A model generated the notes under the pieces. It had not been told where the DNA came from, ran no database searches, and worked only from the letters and a program-made list of their open reading frames with translations. A stretch of 63,627 bases of DNA, filler included, from Octopus bimaculoides (lineage: Eukaryota), in assembly GCF_001194135.2 (NCBI RefSeq). It is 6 parts of 6 records of this genome, joined end to end, with 100 filler letters (N's around TTAATTAATTAA, not from the genome) between each part and the next. Parts side by side here need not be neighbours in the genome. Positions count along the whole stretch, not along the records: positions 34,397 to 55,949 come from NC_068981.1; positions 56,050 to 61,821 come from NC_069004.1; positions 61,922 to 63,627 come from NW_026437905.1; 3 more parts are not named here. One strand, 5' to 3'. Both the position numbers and the translations under genes were made by a program. Numbering within the stretch: position 1 is the first letter of the stretch; each line of letters opens with the position of its first letter. Shown one piece after another: positions 50,810 to 62,489 of this stretch.

Positions 50810-51250
50810 TTTCCAAATTTGACACTAGGATCGCAGTTTCAGGGGAGGGGTAAGTCGATTATGTCAACCCCAGTACTCAACGGGTTCTTATTTTATCGAC
50901 TCCTGAAGAATGAAAGGCAAAGTCGACTTCGGCGGAATTTGAACTCAGAACGTAAAGACAGACGAAATGCCGCTAAGCATTTCGCCTGGAGTGCTAACGA
51001 TTCCACCAGCTTGCTGCTTTGATGCTTGTTAATATTCTTTTCTACTCTAAGCACAAGGCCCGAAATTTTTGGGGAGGGAGGGCCAATCGATTAGATCAAC
51101 TCCAGTACGCAATTGATACTTAATTTATCGACCCCAAAAGGAGGAAAGGCAAAGTCGACCTCGGCGGAATTTGACCTCAGAACGTAAAGATAGACGGAAT
51201 ACCGCTAAGCATTTCGCCCGGCGTGCTAACGATTCTGCCAGCTCACCGCT
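50810..51250 (-). mobile_element. Two head-to-tail SINE family A1 copies (about 50810-51015 and 51034-51250)
   Basis: Two successive complete units, each with GAAAGGCAAAGTCGAC.TCGGCGGAATTTGA.CTCAGAACGTAAAGA. Confidence 0.9.
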
Positions 51251-51283
51251 TTAGTATCTATAAAAATATAGAGACATTTTGAA

Positions 51284-51500
51284 GACAAAACCGGATAGAA
51301 AAAGAAGAGTGAACTTCCTACGTATGACCAACACCACCATTACCACTACCACTACCACCGCAACCACTACCATCACCATCATCACTGCCATCACTACCGT
51401 CACCATCGCGACCACTACCACCATCACCACCACCGCCACCACCACCACCATCACCACAACGACCACCAACACCACCACCAACAACAACAGCATCAACACG
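51284..51500 (+). repeat. ~70-bp unique segment plus (ACC)n tract, duplicated at 53282-53385
   Basis: GACAAAAC.GGA.AGAAA.AGAAGAGTGAACTTCCTA..TATGACCAACACCACCATTACCACTACCAC at both sites. Confidence 0.75.
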
Positions 51501-51726
51501 GTGGCCTTTCACCATTAGCTGTCTTATGTTGGCCTTACAAAAACCAGCGTTCGTCCCCCCCCCCATCGCCGTTGTTCCGTCATTGGTGTGATAAAGGAAA
51601 CGAGTCCGAATAAAAGACTCAAAGTATTTGAAGAATTATTCCACACCAAATTATACGTTTTTATCATAACTCCATAGTTAGCTTATTACTCACCATTTAC
51701 CGATCAACTCATCTTTCCTGTCAATT

Positions 51727-51794
<68 letters not shown>

Positions 51795-51897
51795 TATTAC
51801 AGTCGACTCATTACTCTCACATTAAAAGCTCTTCCTAATCAGATGNNNNNNNNNNTGTTGGTGGTGATGGTTGTGGTGAAGGTGGTGGTATTGAAGG

Positions 51898-51928
<31 letters not shown>

Positions 51929-52192
51929 GGTGGTGGAGGCGATGTATCTCATTCTACTGCAATTGCTGCTTTTGTATATATTTATTGCTTCGGACATTTA
52001 TTGCACATCTACATGTATATAAACAGATTTTATTTATTCGAAAGTATGTCTATGTACGTATGTATGTGTGGGTATATATATGTATATGTGTGTGTGTGCG
52101 CGCGCGTATACGTAGACATGTATATATATACACATATATGTATATGTGTGTATATAAGTATATATATGTATGTAAAAATATAGATATGTATG

Positions 52193-52223
<31 letters not shown>

Positions 52224-52917
52224 ATACGTGAACATATATACGGGAATATATTCACCATATATTGACATATGTTGCATAGTATATAAATTATATAGAAATC
52301 ATTGTCATATACGTTCGTTAATCATTTTTAAATAAAAATTGTTAACAAAGAAATAAGCAGGCTTGAAAGAACTCATCAATTTTCTTAAAATAAGAATTTC
52401 TGTGGAAATATTGGTAATCATACAAAAATAAAGAGAAGAAATTAAAAGAAAACGCAATTATATATCGATTTTAATATTTCTAAAGCGGTTCTTTGTTAGA
52501 ATTAATAAGATTTGTTTCTGATTTCTTCAAATGTTAATTTCTAATGATTCATAACTGTTTTTATTTATTGGAATTTTTTTGCAATGAAATAACATTACTT
52601 AAGAATTCTATCAAGCATATATACATCTGTGTGTTTTCTATTGTTTGTTGCTGGGCTGCCCACTGACAGGCCGCTAATATTAAATAAAGTGTTAAAGAGT
52701 AATGATAAGCAAATTAGTCGCCCCAGTTCACTGAACCCACTAGAATTGATCTCAGTCTAAACCAGTGGTTTTCAACAAGGGCTCATATGCCTCCTGAGTG
52801 ATCCATATAAGATTTCGTTTATATGCAATAAACTGATTGTACGGAGATGTACTTGCATAGCAAGTGATTTGATCTGAGATCGTGTGCTGAAGCAAAAACA
52901 ATTGCAGCGTGGAAGAT

Positions 52918-53148
52918 GTTTGTGAGCCATTCAAGAACACACAAAAACCGTTAGTTTCACGTCAACATTTAAATTTCATTTGTGGCAAAATATTTTCGTC
53001 GCTTTCAAACCGCGACAAAACTTCGAGCTGCACGAAGTTTGGTCAGTGAACAGGCCGCGGTTTGAAAGCGACGAAAATATTTTGACACAAAATTTAAATG
53101 TTGAAGTGAAACTAACGGTTTTTGTGTGTTCTTGAATGGCTCACAAAC
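52918..53148. repeat. Long fold-back palindrome (arms 52918-53014 and 53056-53148), PLE pLTR-like
   Basis: About 93 aligned bp with 2 mismatches and one 4-nt indel; central mini-hairpin AAACTTCG..CGAAGTTT. Confidence 0.9.
53042..53086 (+). ncRNA. Hammerhead-like motif with a G3:C8 core swap
   Basis: GTCA-GTGAACA-G-GCCGC-GGTTTGAAA-GCGAC-GAA-AATATT-T-TGAC. The mirror arm keeps a perfect stem II (GTCGC/GCGAC) but has lost the core. Confidence 0.5.
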
Positions 53149-53384
53149 TGGTTATATTTCTACACAAAATATTTAAGCCTTTTTGGATACAGTTCTTAAT
53201 AATATTCAATTATAAAAATAGGCGTTTTTAAATATCGAATGGCTATGGGGGACTCTTCCCCTCATTAAAATAAGAATCAAGGACAAAACTGGAAAGAAAT
53301 AGAAGAGTGAACTTCCTATATATGACCAACACCACCATTACCACTACCACCGCAGCCACTACCACCGTCACCACGACCACCACC

Positions 53385-53525
53385 ATCTACCAAATCCACT
53401 CACATGGCTTTGGTCGGCCCGAGGCTATAGTAAAAGTCACTTGCTCAAGGTACCACGCACTGGGACTGAACCCGGAACCATGTGGTTGGTGAGTAAGTTA
53501 CTTACCACACAGCCAGTCCTGCGCC
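53385..53525 (-). mobile_element. SINE family D, 5' portion
   Basis: CTACCAAATCCACTCAC..GGGACTGAACCCGGAACCATGTGG..CACACAGCCAGTCCTGCGCC. Confidence 0.85.
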
Positions 53526-54272
53526 TATGTATATATATATATATATATATATACATGTAATGCAAATAATAAATGAGTATATGCATATATACGTACATGT
53601 ATGTACATACTTACATCTACCTGTATATAAAGATGCATATCTGGGTGCAGGACATTCTAAACAAACCGTAGACAAAATGATAAACGAGTACAGAAAACAC
53701 ACAGGCCACATAGAGAACATCTCCTTCATCATCTGCCACCATTCTAACACAAGCGTTTCGAAGAGTATGGCAGGACGCATCGTTAAAACGGCTCTTCCCA
53801 CGGACCACAAATTAAATTCAAATTAAATTTAATTCAAACTAAATTTGTAACGTGGAGGAATGTAGTGCCGGATAGACTTGTATATATATGTGTGTGTGTG
53901 TGTGCGCGTGTGTGTGTACAGACAAACAACTGCAAGACTGATATGCATATTACGAACAATGAATCCAGCTGACGAACTTGTATAGGAAATGACGACAACG
54001 TTTCACAGAGCCTTCATGAGACATCATTAAAAACTTGCCAGTGAAAACTATAGCCATAGACCAAAGAATGAACTCATTCCTGTTTATAAGACCAAAGAAG
54101 ACAGTTCTTGCTTGAAGATCACACTGCTGTGAAACTTGAATTTCCAAATTTTACATCATACTCTGATAATATTCTCTGTTTCGTTGACAAACATTTGTAT
54201 ACATGTATGTATGTGTGCATGTTTGTATGTATGCAGGTGTCTGCGCTTGATTGTATGCATATATTATGTGTT

Positions 54273-54304
<32 letters not shown>

Positions 54305-54549
54305 TGTATGTATATGTAAAGAAGAAAGCGATTAGTTTAAAATCTCTGAGCGAGAAGGAAGTAGTAACAGTACTATTGAATGAACTCTATTTTCCGACGT
54401 AAATTAGCAGTCCTGGTTAGGATGATGTTACTACCTATTTTTAGCATAAGGACGCAGTTGTGCGTTGGTAACTAGCTGTTTTCCTGGGGCTAAAAAAAGG
54501 GAGTAACATCGTCCAGGTCAGGACTGCCAATTTACGTCGGCAAATAGGT

Positions 54550-54755
<206 letters not shown>

Positions 54756-54773
54756 TTGTTTATTTCTGTGTTC

Positions 54774-54809
54774 CTTTCTGTCGAAGAGCGTAGGCTTGAA
54801 ACGTAAAAG
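54774..54809 (+). ncRNA. Minimal type-I hammerhead motif (U at core position 6) in a PLE-like pLTR fragment (about 54755-54885)
   Basis: CTTT-CTGTCGA-A-GAGC-GTAG-GCTT-GAA-ACGT-A-AAAG: palindromic ACGT stem III and a GUA site. Confidence 0.6.
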
Positions 54810-54885
54810 ACTTTCTCACTTCTCGAGCGTTAAACTAATACATCTGTTTGTTGTTTACACACCCGTCTTCGTCTTTTGCTTTTTT

Positions 54886-55280
54886 GTGGCTGTGTGGTAA
54901 GTAGCTTGCTTACCAACCACATGCTTCCGGGTTAAGTCCCACTGCGTGGAACCTTGGACAAGTGTCTTCTACTATAGCCTCGGGACGACCAAAGCCTTGT
55001 CAGTGGATTTGGTAGACGGAAACTGAAAGAAACCCGTCGTATATATGTTTATATATGTGTGTATGTGTGTCTATGTGTCTATGTTTGTCCCCATCAATAT
55101 CACTTGACAACCGATGCTGGTGTATTTACGTCCCCGTAACCTAGCGGTTCGGCAAAAGAACTGATAGAATAAGTACTAGGTTTACAGAAAATAAGTCCTG
55201 GGGTCGATTAGCTCGACTAAAGCGTGGTGCTCCAGCATGGCTGCAGTAAAATGACTGAAACAAGTAAAAGAGTAAAAGAG
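54886..55280 (+). mobile_element. SINE family D, near full length
   Basis: Collinear with the reverse complement of 38996-39418. Confidence 0.9.
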
Positions 55281-55300
55281 TATATGCATGTACACACACA

Positions 55301-55356
<56 letters not shown>

Positions 55357-55570
55357 CATATTGCATAAAGGATCGTGGGTAAGGCCAAAACAATGCGAAG
55401 TAAATGCAAGGTAAATCACAAGAAAACAAATACATGAACTAATGTAGACTTACCTGGTATTCAATATTTCGGGGTTATGACCCCCATTTTCAAGAAAATA
55501 AACAAATATTGCTGATGTGCGCATGTGTGAGCGTGTGTGGACTGGACATGCGCTGAAAGGGGTTGCTATA

Positions 55571-55938
55571 GAGGCGCAATGGCCCAGTTGTTAGGGCAGC
55601 GGACTAGGGCAGTTCCGATTCCCAGACCGGGCGTTGGGACTGTTTATTGAGCGAAAACACATAAGGCCCCACGAGGCTCCGGCAGGGGGTGGTGACGAAC
55701 CATGCTGTACTCTTTCACCACAACTTTCTCTCACTCTTTCTTCTTGTTTTTGTTGTACCTTTATTTCAAAGGGGCCAGCCTTATCACACACTGTGTCATG
55801 CTGATATCTCCTCGAGAATTACGTTAAGGGTACACGTGTCTGTGGAGTGCTCAGCCACTTGCACGTTAATTTCACGAGCAAGCTTTTCCGTTGATCGGAT
55901 CAACTGGAACCCTCGTCGTCGCAACCGACGGAGTGCCA
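55571..55938 (+). mobile_element. SINE family B, full length with small deletions
   Basis: GAGGCGCAATGGCCCAG..GGATCAACTGGAACCCTCGTCGTCGCAACCGACGGAGTGCC. Confidence 0.9.
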
Positions 55939-56104
55939 CGTATATATATNNNNNNNNNNNNNNNNNNNNNNNNNNNNNNNNNNNNNNNNNNNNTTAATTA
56001 ATTAANNNNNNNNNNNNNNNNNNNNNNNNNNNNNNNNNNNNNNNNNNNNGGGGGAATGTCAAAACATTAAACTAGCTCCAGTAAACAGTATAAAACATTA
56101 AATG

Positions 56105-56300
56105 ATTCACGCGCAAATTAAATATTTAAAAGCTACGAGCAAACCAACAGGAGTTGCTAGAAATAACAGCCAAAACATTAAAATATATACGAGCAAACTA
56201 AACAGTGAAAACAGTGAAAAACATTAAAACATTCACGTGCAAATTAAATATTTAAAAGCTACGTGTAAACCAGGAGGAGTTGCTAGAAAGAACAGTCAAA
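56105..56300. repeat. 70-bp direct repeat, 126-bp period
   Basis: ATTCACG.GCAAATTAAATATTTAAAAGCTACG...AAACCA..AGGAGTTGCTAGAAA.AACAG.CAAA at 56105 and 56231. Confidence 0.8.
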
Positions 56301-57039
56301 ATATTACTTAAAACACATTTATTAGTTTAAAAAATTCAAAAACGGAAATTTGCAATACACACTAGGATTTTATAAAATAAATTATTTTTCACATATCTCC
56401 TTCTCCACATAAATTCACAATCAACCATGGAATGGTGTGTCCCACACCAGCGTTTGTTTCCACGCTTTAAAGATGCCTAGGTACTCTCAATTTGTTGAGT
56501 GTGAGTCCCATGTTTTGGGTTTATACATTCAATGCTGCTATGGTTCACAGTTTTATGTTTGAAATCATAGCTCACGATTTCTAGGATATGTTTATTTCTG
56601 GCATGAGATTTAGCTGCTATGTCTTGTAGGTAGAACGACTACGTAGAAGTTTCATTTTCTCCCCATTACAAATACTGTGAGTATTGTTCTCTACCGCAGA
56701 ACAAATTATGTCATCCATATTTGCAGATCCACCTTTATCAACTTGGCTGCCAACAAAGCACCAGCCTCTCTTTCTCTTTCTCTTTTTCTCTCTCTCCTCT
56801 CCTACTCTCTCCCCTTTCTCTTATCATTCACTCTCATTCACTCACTCATTCTCAGACTCATATTTCTTCTCCCACTCACTCACTCACTCGTTCACTCATT
56901 ACTTTGTCTCATCTGATTTTTTTTTCTCTTTTTCACAGAATCTCTTTCCCACTTCCTCTGTCTCTCTAATTTTTTTCTTGCTCTCTCATTCATAGAACCC
57001 TCTTACTGACTCCCCCATTACTTTCCCTCTTCTCTCATT

Positions 57040-57116
57040 ACTGTGTGTGTGTACGTACGCGTGCATTTGTGTTTGTGTGTGTGTGCGTGCGTGCGTGCGT
57101 ACATGTGTGTGTGTGT

Positions 57117-57169
<53 letters not shown>

Positions 57170-57170
57170 T
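57040..57170. repeat. (TG)n microsatellite
   Basis: Read directly. Confidence 0.9.
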
Positions 57171-57947
57171 ACATGCACATGCATGTATATGACGGTTACA
57201 AACAAAGATTAAATGGTGAGAAGGCGAGTATATATCTTCAATATTAATGAAGGTTATTAACTGAGTTTACGTCTGGGCGCCTTCCAAAAGTCAGTGCATT
57301 GCCGTTGTAATGCTGAATTTTACACCTAAATTCAAAAAGATCAAAACATGAATGCTCGTTTTCGAAAAGATTTAATAAGTTTCTTCACCGGTCACTCATT
57401 TTCCGACGTTTTTTGTATTGGTAGACAGGATTTATTTTATTCCACCCTCATTTGGCGTAGCTAGCATATGTTGCCGCCCAGGCCAACCTTTTTTTTTTAC
57501 TTCATCACTTCATCACCTTCCTCCAAGATAACTGTTTCCACACCTATCGCACTGGAGGAATGTGGCCTTTTGAATTTCAGCTAAAGTAGAGCGCATGACG
57601 ATAAAGCTTGTTATTAGTGATGGTGGTGGTGGTGGTGAGGATGATAATGATGATTATAAGACAATGGAATTTACATGAAGAGTAACAATCACATTTATGT
57701 GATTGTGGAGAATTTTAAACAGGTTGGCTACTGCAATGAACATTGATTCGAATTCTAAATTACTGGCAAAATTCTCCGCCTAAAGGTGGATGCTCGTGTT
57801 TGATGAGCGTAACAAGAGAGTATATTTCTCTGTTATTCCATCACATACTCCGCCATCCTGTTCTACCCGCTCTCGCTACCCACTAAGATTTCTACTCCAC
57901 GTTGCAATACACACACTGCCTTACTCCTACATACGCGCACACACACA

Positions 57948-57987
<40 letters not shown>

Positions 57988-58140
57988 TACACTATCTCAA
58001 GGTTGCCATATGACGTGTCTTGTACCTCTGTACAAACATTTATCTTCTTTCTACTCTGCAACAGCATTAACAGCAGCCACAGCAACGACAAAAACAAACA
58101 ACAACGCCGATGACGATTACAACAACACCACGAATATTTA

Positions 58141-58370
58141 TTTCTTTATTGCTCACAGGGGGCTAAACACAGAGGGGACAAACAAGGACAGACAAAGGGA
58201 TTAAGTCGATTACATCGACCCCAGTGCGTTACTAGCACATATTTAATCGACCCCAAAAGGATGAAAGGCAAAGTCGACCTCGGCGGAATTTGAACTCAGA
58301 ACGTAACAGCAGACAGAATATTGCTAAGCATTTCGCCCGACCTGCTAACGATTCTGCCAGCTCGCCGCCC
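58141..58370 (-). mobile_element. SINE family A2 (Tx1-like tail), full length
   Basis: Tail at 58141-58182. Probable TSD ACGAATATT (58130-58138, 58381-58389). Confidence 0.85.
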
Positions 58371-58775
58371 TGACCACAATACGAATATTGACATTCTCAA
58401 CAATTAACAAATTCAGCACATGATCGCTCAATCTGCTAGAAACAGCAAGCAAATTTCCCTCAAATCAAGGTATATGTTGTAGTAAAAATAGCCTTGAAAG
58501 GTTTAAAGGAACAAATTGACGCCAGAAATTATTTAAAAGTCTGGTACTTATTGATAGTATGTCTGAAATAAGACAGAATGGTTAGATCCGGCCTCACCTG
58601 GAACTTAACAACTGTTCCTGAATTTCAACTGAATATATTTTGTATTAAAAGTAGTAAACGGAAAAAACAATTCAAATTTTAAATTTTATCATCTAGCCGA
58701 TGTCGAACTAGAAAATACGATAATTAGAAGCCGAACAATGGCTGTTGGAAAAATAGCACTAACAACAACAGTAAC

Positions 58776-59445
58776 CCCCAAGGATGAAAGGCAAAGTTGA
58801 CCTTGACAGGATCTGAACTCAGTAAAAAACTGCTAAAAATGTCATTAGACATTTTGTCCGACGCGCTAACGATTCTACTAATCCGTTTCATTTAATAATG
58901 ATGATAATTGTTTCAAATTTTAACACAAAGCCAGCAATTTTGGGGGATGGGTAAGTCACTTACATAGATCCCTGTGCTCAACTGGTATTTATCTTATCGA
59001 CCCCTAAAAGGAAGAAGACAAAATGACCACGGCAGGAGTTTAACTTAAACGGGTGGAAGAAAAGTTGCAACGCCTTTTTTTCCGATTTCGCTGCCTTTAA
59101 TAATGATTATGATCCTTTCTACTATAGGCACAAGGCCTGAAATTTGAGTGGAAGGGGTAAGTCGATCACATCAATTCCAGTACTTGACTGGTACTTAATT
59201 TATCGACTCCGAAAGGATGAAAGGCAAAGTCGATCTCGGCGGAATTTTAACTCAGAACGTAAAGACGGGGAGAATACCGTCAAGCATTTTGGCCAGCTCG
59301 CCGCCTTTTTAATGATGATAATCCTTTCTACTAAAAGCACAAGGCCTGAAAATTTTGGGGAGGAGACAAGTCAATTATATCGACCCAGTGTTCCACTGGA
59401 ACTTAATTTATCGACCCCAAAAGGATGAGTGGCAAGGTCGACAAC
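58776..59445 (-). mobile_element. Cluster of about four head-to-tail SINE family A copies of different ages
   Basis: Units at about 58776-58880, 58905-59100, 59108-59305 and 59315-59445, each with the ATCGAC/GATGAAAGGCAA or ACAAGGCC motifs. Confidence 0.8.
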
Positions 59446-59689
59446 GACAACGGTAACAAAGTTGACAACAGTGGTTGTGATAATGGTAGTGAGAAGAGAN
59501 NNNNNNNNNNNNNNNNNNNNNNNNNNNNNNNNNNNNNNNNNNNNNNNNNNNNNNNNNNNNNNNNNNNNNNNNNNNNNNNNNNNNNNNNNNNNNNNNNNNN
59601 NNNNNNNNNNNNNNNNNNNNNNNNNNNNNNNNNNNNNNNNNNNNNNNNNNNNNNNNNNNNNNNNNNNNNNNNNNNNNNNNNNNNNNNNN

Positions 59690-59752
59690 NAGAAGAAGAA
59701 GAAGAAGAAGAAGAAGAAGAAGAAGAAGAAGAAGAAGAAGAAGAAGAAGAAG
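59690..59752. repeat. (GAA)n microsatellite at a gap edge
   Basis: Read directly. Confidence 0.9.
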
Positions 59753-61190
59753 AATGTAAATAAAATTCTTAGAAAAGTCATCGGAAGTTATATTGCTAAT
59801 GATGATGATGATTGTGGTCGTAGATATTGTGGTGGTGGTGGTATAGTATTGATGGCGTTGGTGCTGATGGTGGTGGTGGTTATGACGTCGGTGTTGTGTT
59901 GGTTATGAGGTTGTTGGTAGGGATGGTGATGTTTGAGGTAATTAAGGCAGAGGAGAAAATAAAGAGGAGAAAAAGAGAGAGAATAGAGGGAGAGAAGGTA
60001 GGCGGGAGAAACAGACAGTAAGAGACAGACAGAGAGGAAGGAAGGAAGGAAGGAAGGAAGGATTTCGTAGTGAAATGTGAAGGTCCTTAGTATACTGCTT
60101 CTTTCTGGAATTATGCCAAAGATAACTTTACAGTTTTTGTTCTGAATGCTTGTAAAAGGGAAGGTGAGAGGAGAGGCAACTAAACTGTTCTGTTCCGATT
60201 ACCTCAACCACCTTCCAACGTCACCATCTTCACCATCAACATCATGTATTCAACCACAAATCATCATAATTGTCGTCGTCGTCGTCACCACTACCACCAT
60301 CACAACCACAATCATCGAATGTTTCTGTAGTGGAATGATATCAAAGGGTTACTATAAGTGGAGGAGTTGTTTAGAAGGGTTGTACTTTTTTTCTAAGACA
60401 TAAAATACTTATACCAAATATTTTTAAAATACAGTTTTGATAAAATCTTTGTTGTGTTCAGAATATGAGAAGGACATTATGTTATCGATGAGAAGAAACA
60501 CAACTGATGATGCACCCAAGTTCCAATATAATTTCTTTATATAATTCCTCATCTTTTTAAATAGTTTTCATAAAAATTTGCTAGTCCATGCAAATATACT
60601 AAAAGGGACAAATGTTAGATGGCATATTATAAGAAAATATAAATAAACTACTGTGCAAAATTCACTGTTATTTATATTATTTATTAATTATTAAATTTTG
60701 CTCTAAATATTATTCCAGCCATAAAACAATATCATAAAGTGCGTTTAAAACTTTTTAGAGGTGTTACTTGAGTAAGATAGCGGGGACAAGATGAGGTCTC
60801 GAAATGAACCCTATTTTCCCCATGTGTTGTATTATTCATTTATCATCAATTCAATTAAAACTGCAATTTTTTAAGCAAACACCTTTAATAAACAAAGATA
60901 AACGTATTATTTTTGTCTTCTGTGCTGCGTGGTGTGTTTATGATGTTGAGTATAATGGTTATCTGTATTTTATGTTCCCAGATGTTGCTAGTTAGAAGGA
61001 AGATGGTACCTAGGAACAACTCCAAGTATTTTTTTGTTGTTGTTGCCTGATGTTTATACTTAATTTGTTTTAGCCACCACAGCTAAAGTCCTTCATCGTT
61101 GAGGGATATTTAGTTATTATTTCTTGTGGGTCGGACGACGCTGAACGAAGAGATTTCTTCTTTTTCAGTCATAATTAAGTGATGCACATA

Positions 61191-61570
61191 CGAGGTGTTG
61201 CTGAAAAGTTTCTGGCTTCACGTAAAAGAAAATACAGGAGGGTCAGTTAATTATGATTTTATTCAATATATTCCCCTCCCAGATTCACATAGTTATTGCC
61301 GCGGTCCTTCGGTTTTTCTAAGCCCTGTAAAAGAAAACTCGAAAGGTTGGACCTCCAGTCAGGCCTCTATAGCAGCGATCACTTCCGAATCGGAATCAAA
61401 TTTCGATCTCATGAGATATTTCTTCAGTTGCAGAAAGTGGTGATAGTGGGAGGAGGCCAAGTCAGGAGAGTAAGGTTGGTGGTCTCCCAATTCGAAGCCA
61501 ATGTCGTGTATTTTCCGTAGATTTTCATATGCTGTGTGTGTTGGTGCATTGTGCTACAAAAACAGGACAC
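61191..61570 (-). mobile_element. Mariner (irritans-like) 3' end
   Basis: TA|CGAGGTGTTGCTGAAAAGTT TIR. Minus strand ..HNAPTHTA..HDIGFEL..HQPYSPDLASSHYHF..LKKYL..KFDSDSEVIAA. Confidence 0.85.
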
Positions 61571-61585
61571 CACGGCTCAACTTTT

Positions 61586-61821
61586 ATCCTTTTATATGTT
61601 TCAGTCATTTGACTGCGGCTATGCTGGAGCACCACCTTTAGTCGAACAAATCGACCCCAGGACTTATTCTTTGTAAGCCTGGTACTTATTCTATCGGTCT
61701 CTTTTGCCGAACTGATGTTGGTGTGTTTACGTCCCTGTAAACGCACCAACATCGGTTGTCAAGCGATGGTGGAGGGACAAACACAAACACAGACACACGC
61801 AAACACACACACACACACACA
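61586..61821 (-). mobile_element. SINE family D, 3' half
   Basis: GTTTCAGTCATTTGACTGCGG..GTCGAACAAATCGACCCCAGG..GTCAAGCGATGGTGG. Confidence 0.85.
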
Positions 61822-61921
61822 NNNNNNNNNNNNNNNNNNNNNNNNNNNNNNNNNNNNNNNNNNNNTTAATTAATTAANNNNNNNNNNNNNNNNNNNNNNN
61901 NNNNNNNNNNNNNNNNNNNNN

Positions 61922-62067
61922 CGGGGAGTGATGCAGAGAGAAGAGAACAGCTGGCTGCTCTTTTCACTGACATTTTGCCTTTTATGGCATTAACTGGCCG
62001 GGGTGAAAAAAGACTTGACCCGTCATTCTTTTTGTCGGGGAGTGATGCAGAGAGAAGAGAACAGCTT
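61922..62067. repeat. 31-bp direct repeat CGGGGAGTGATGCAGAGAGAAGAGAACAGCT, ~115-bp period
   Basis: Copies at 61922 and about 62036. Confidence 0.75.
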
Positions 62068-62430
62068 GTTATTTTTTTTTCGACATTTTTCAGATATGAT
62101 ACGTGTGAAATGTGAAAATGGAAGTTTTTCAAATGAAGAATTCCCCCCCAAAAGGGGGAAATCTCGCCTAACCGACTAGCTCCGCAAGAACCTAGTCGGC
62201 TTGGCTACAACAATATATAAAGATTAAAACAGATTTCAAAAGATTTCCGGGTAAAAACGGCAACAACTTACAGAGCTTCGGGAGACACGTCCATCGCTAA
62301 TAATGATAATAGAGCGTTAATAATAATGAAGAAATAAAAAGAATTTCTTTTCTAAAATTCTGACGACTTTTTTCCTCAATATTCGATTCCTGTACATCAT
62401 ACCTAACACCCTATACATACATACATACAT

Positions 62431-62487
<57 letters not shown>

Positions 62488-62489
62488 GA

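Larger units (their letters stand above)
52763..53280 (+). mobile_element. hAT-like non-autonomous element (left TIR only) carrying a nested palindrome
   Basis: GTCTAAAC|CAGTGGTTTTCAAC left end; internal GAATGGCTATGGGGG shared with 5826-5898; no right TIR seen. Confidence 0.4.

Noticed and set aside
53745-53805. Minus-strand GAAGAG..CTCTTC-GAAACGC hammerhead-like segment
   Set aside because: The core reads CGTGGGA, and stems I and III do not pair.
53960-54060. Possible GIY-YIG remnant (..RQRFTEPS*DIIKNLPVK)
   Set aside because: Too short and decayed to call by eye.
62172-62199. 8-bp GC hairpin CCGACTAG/CTAGTCGG as a Helitron 3' end or terminator
   Set aside because: It is not followed by CTRR or a T-run, and bacterial-type terminators do not apply here.
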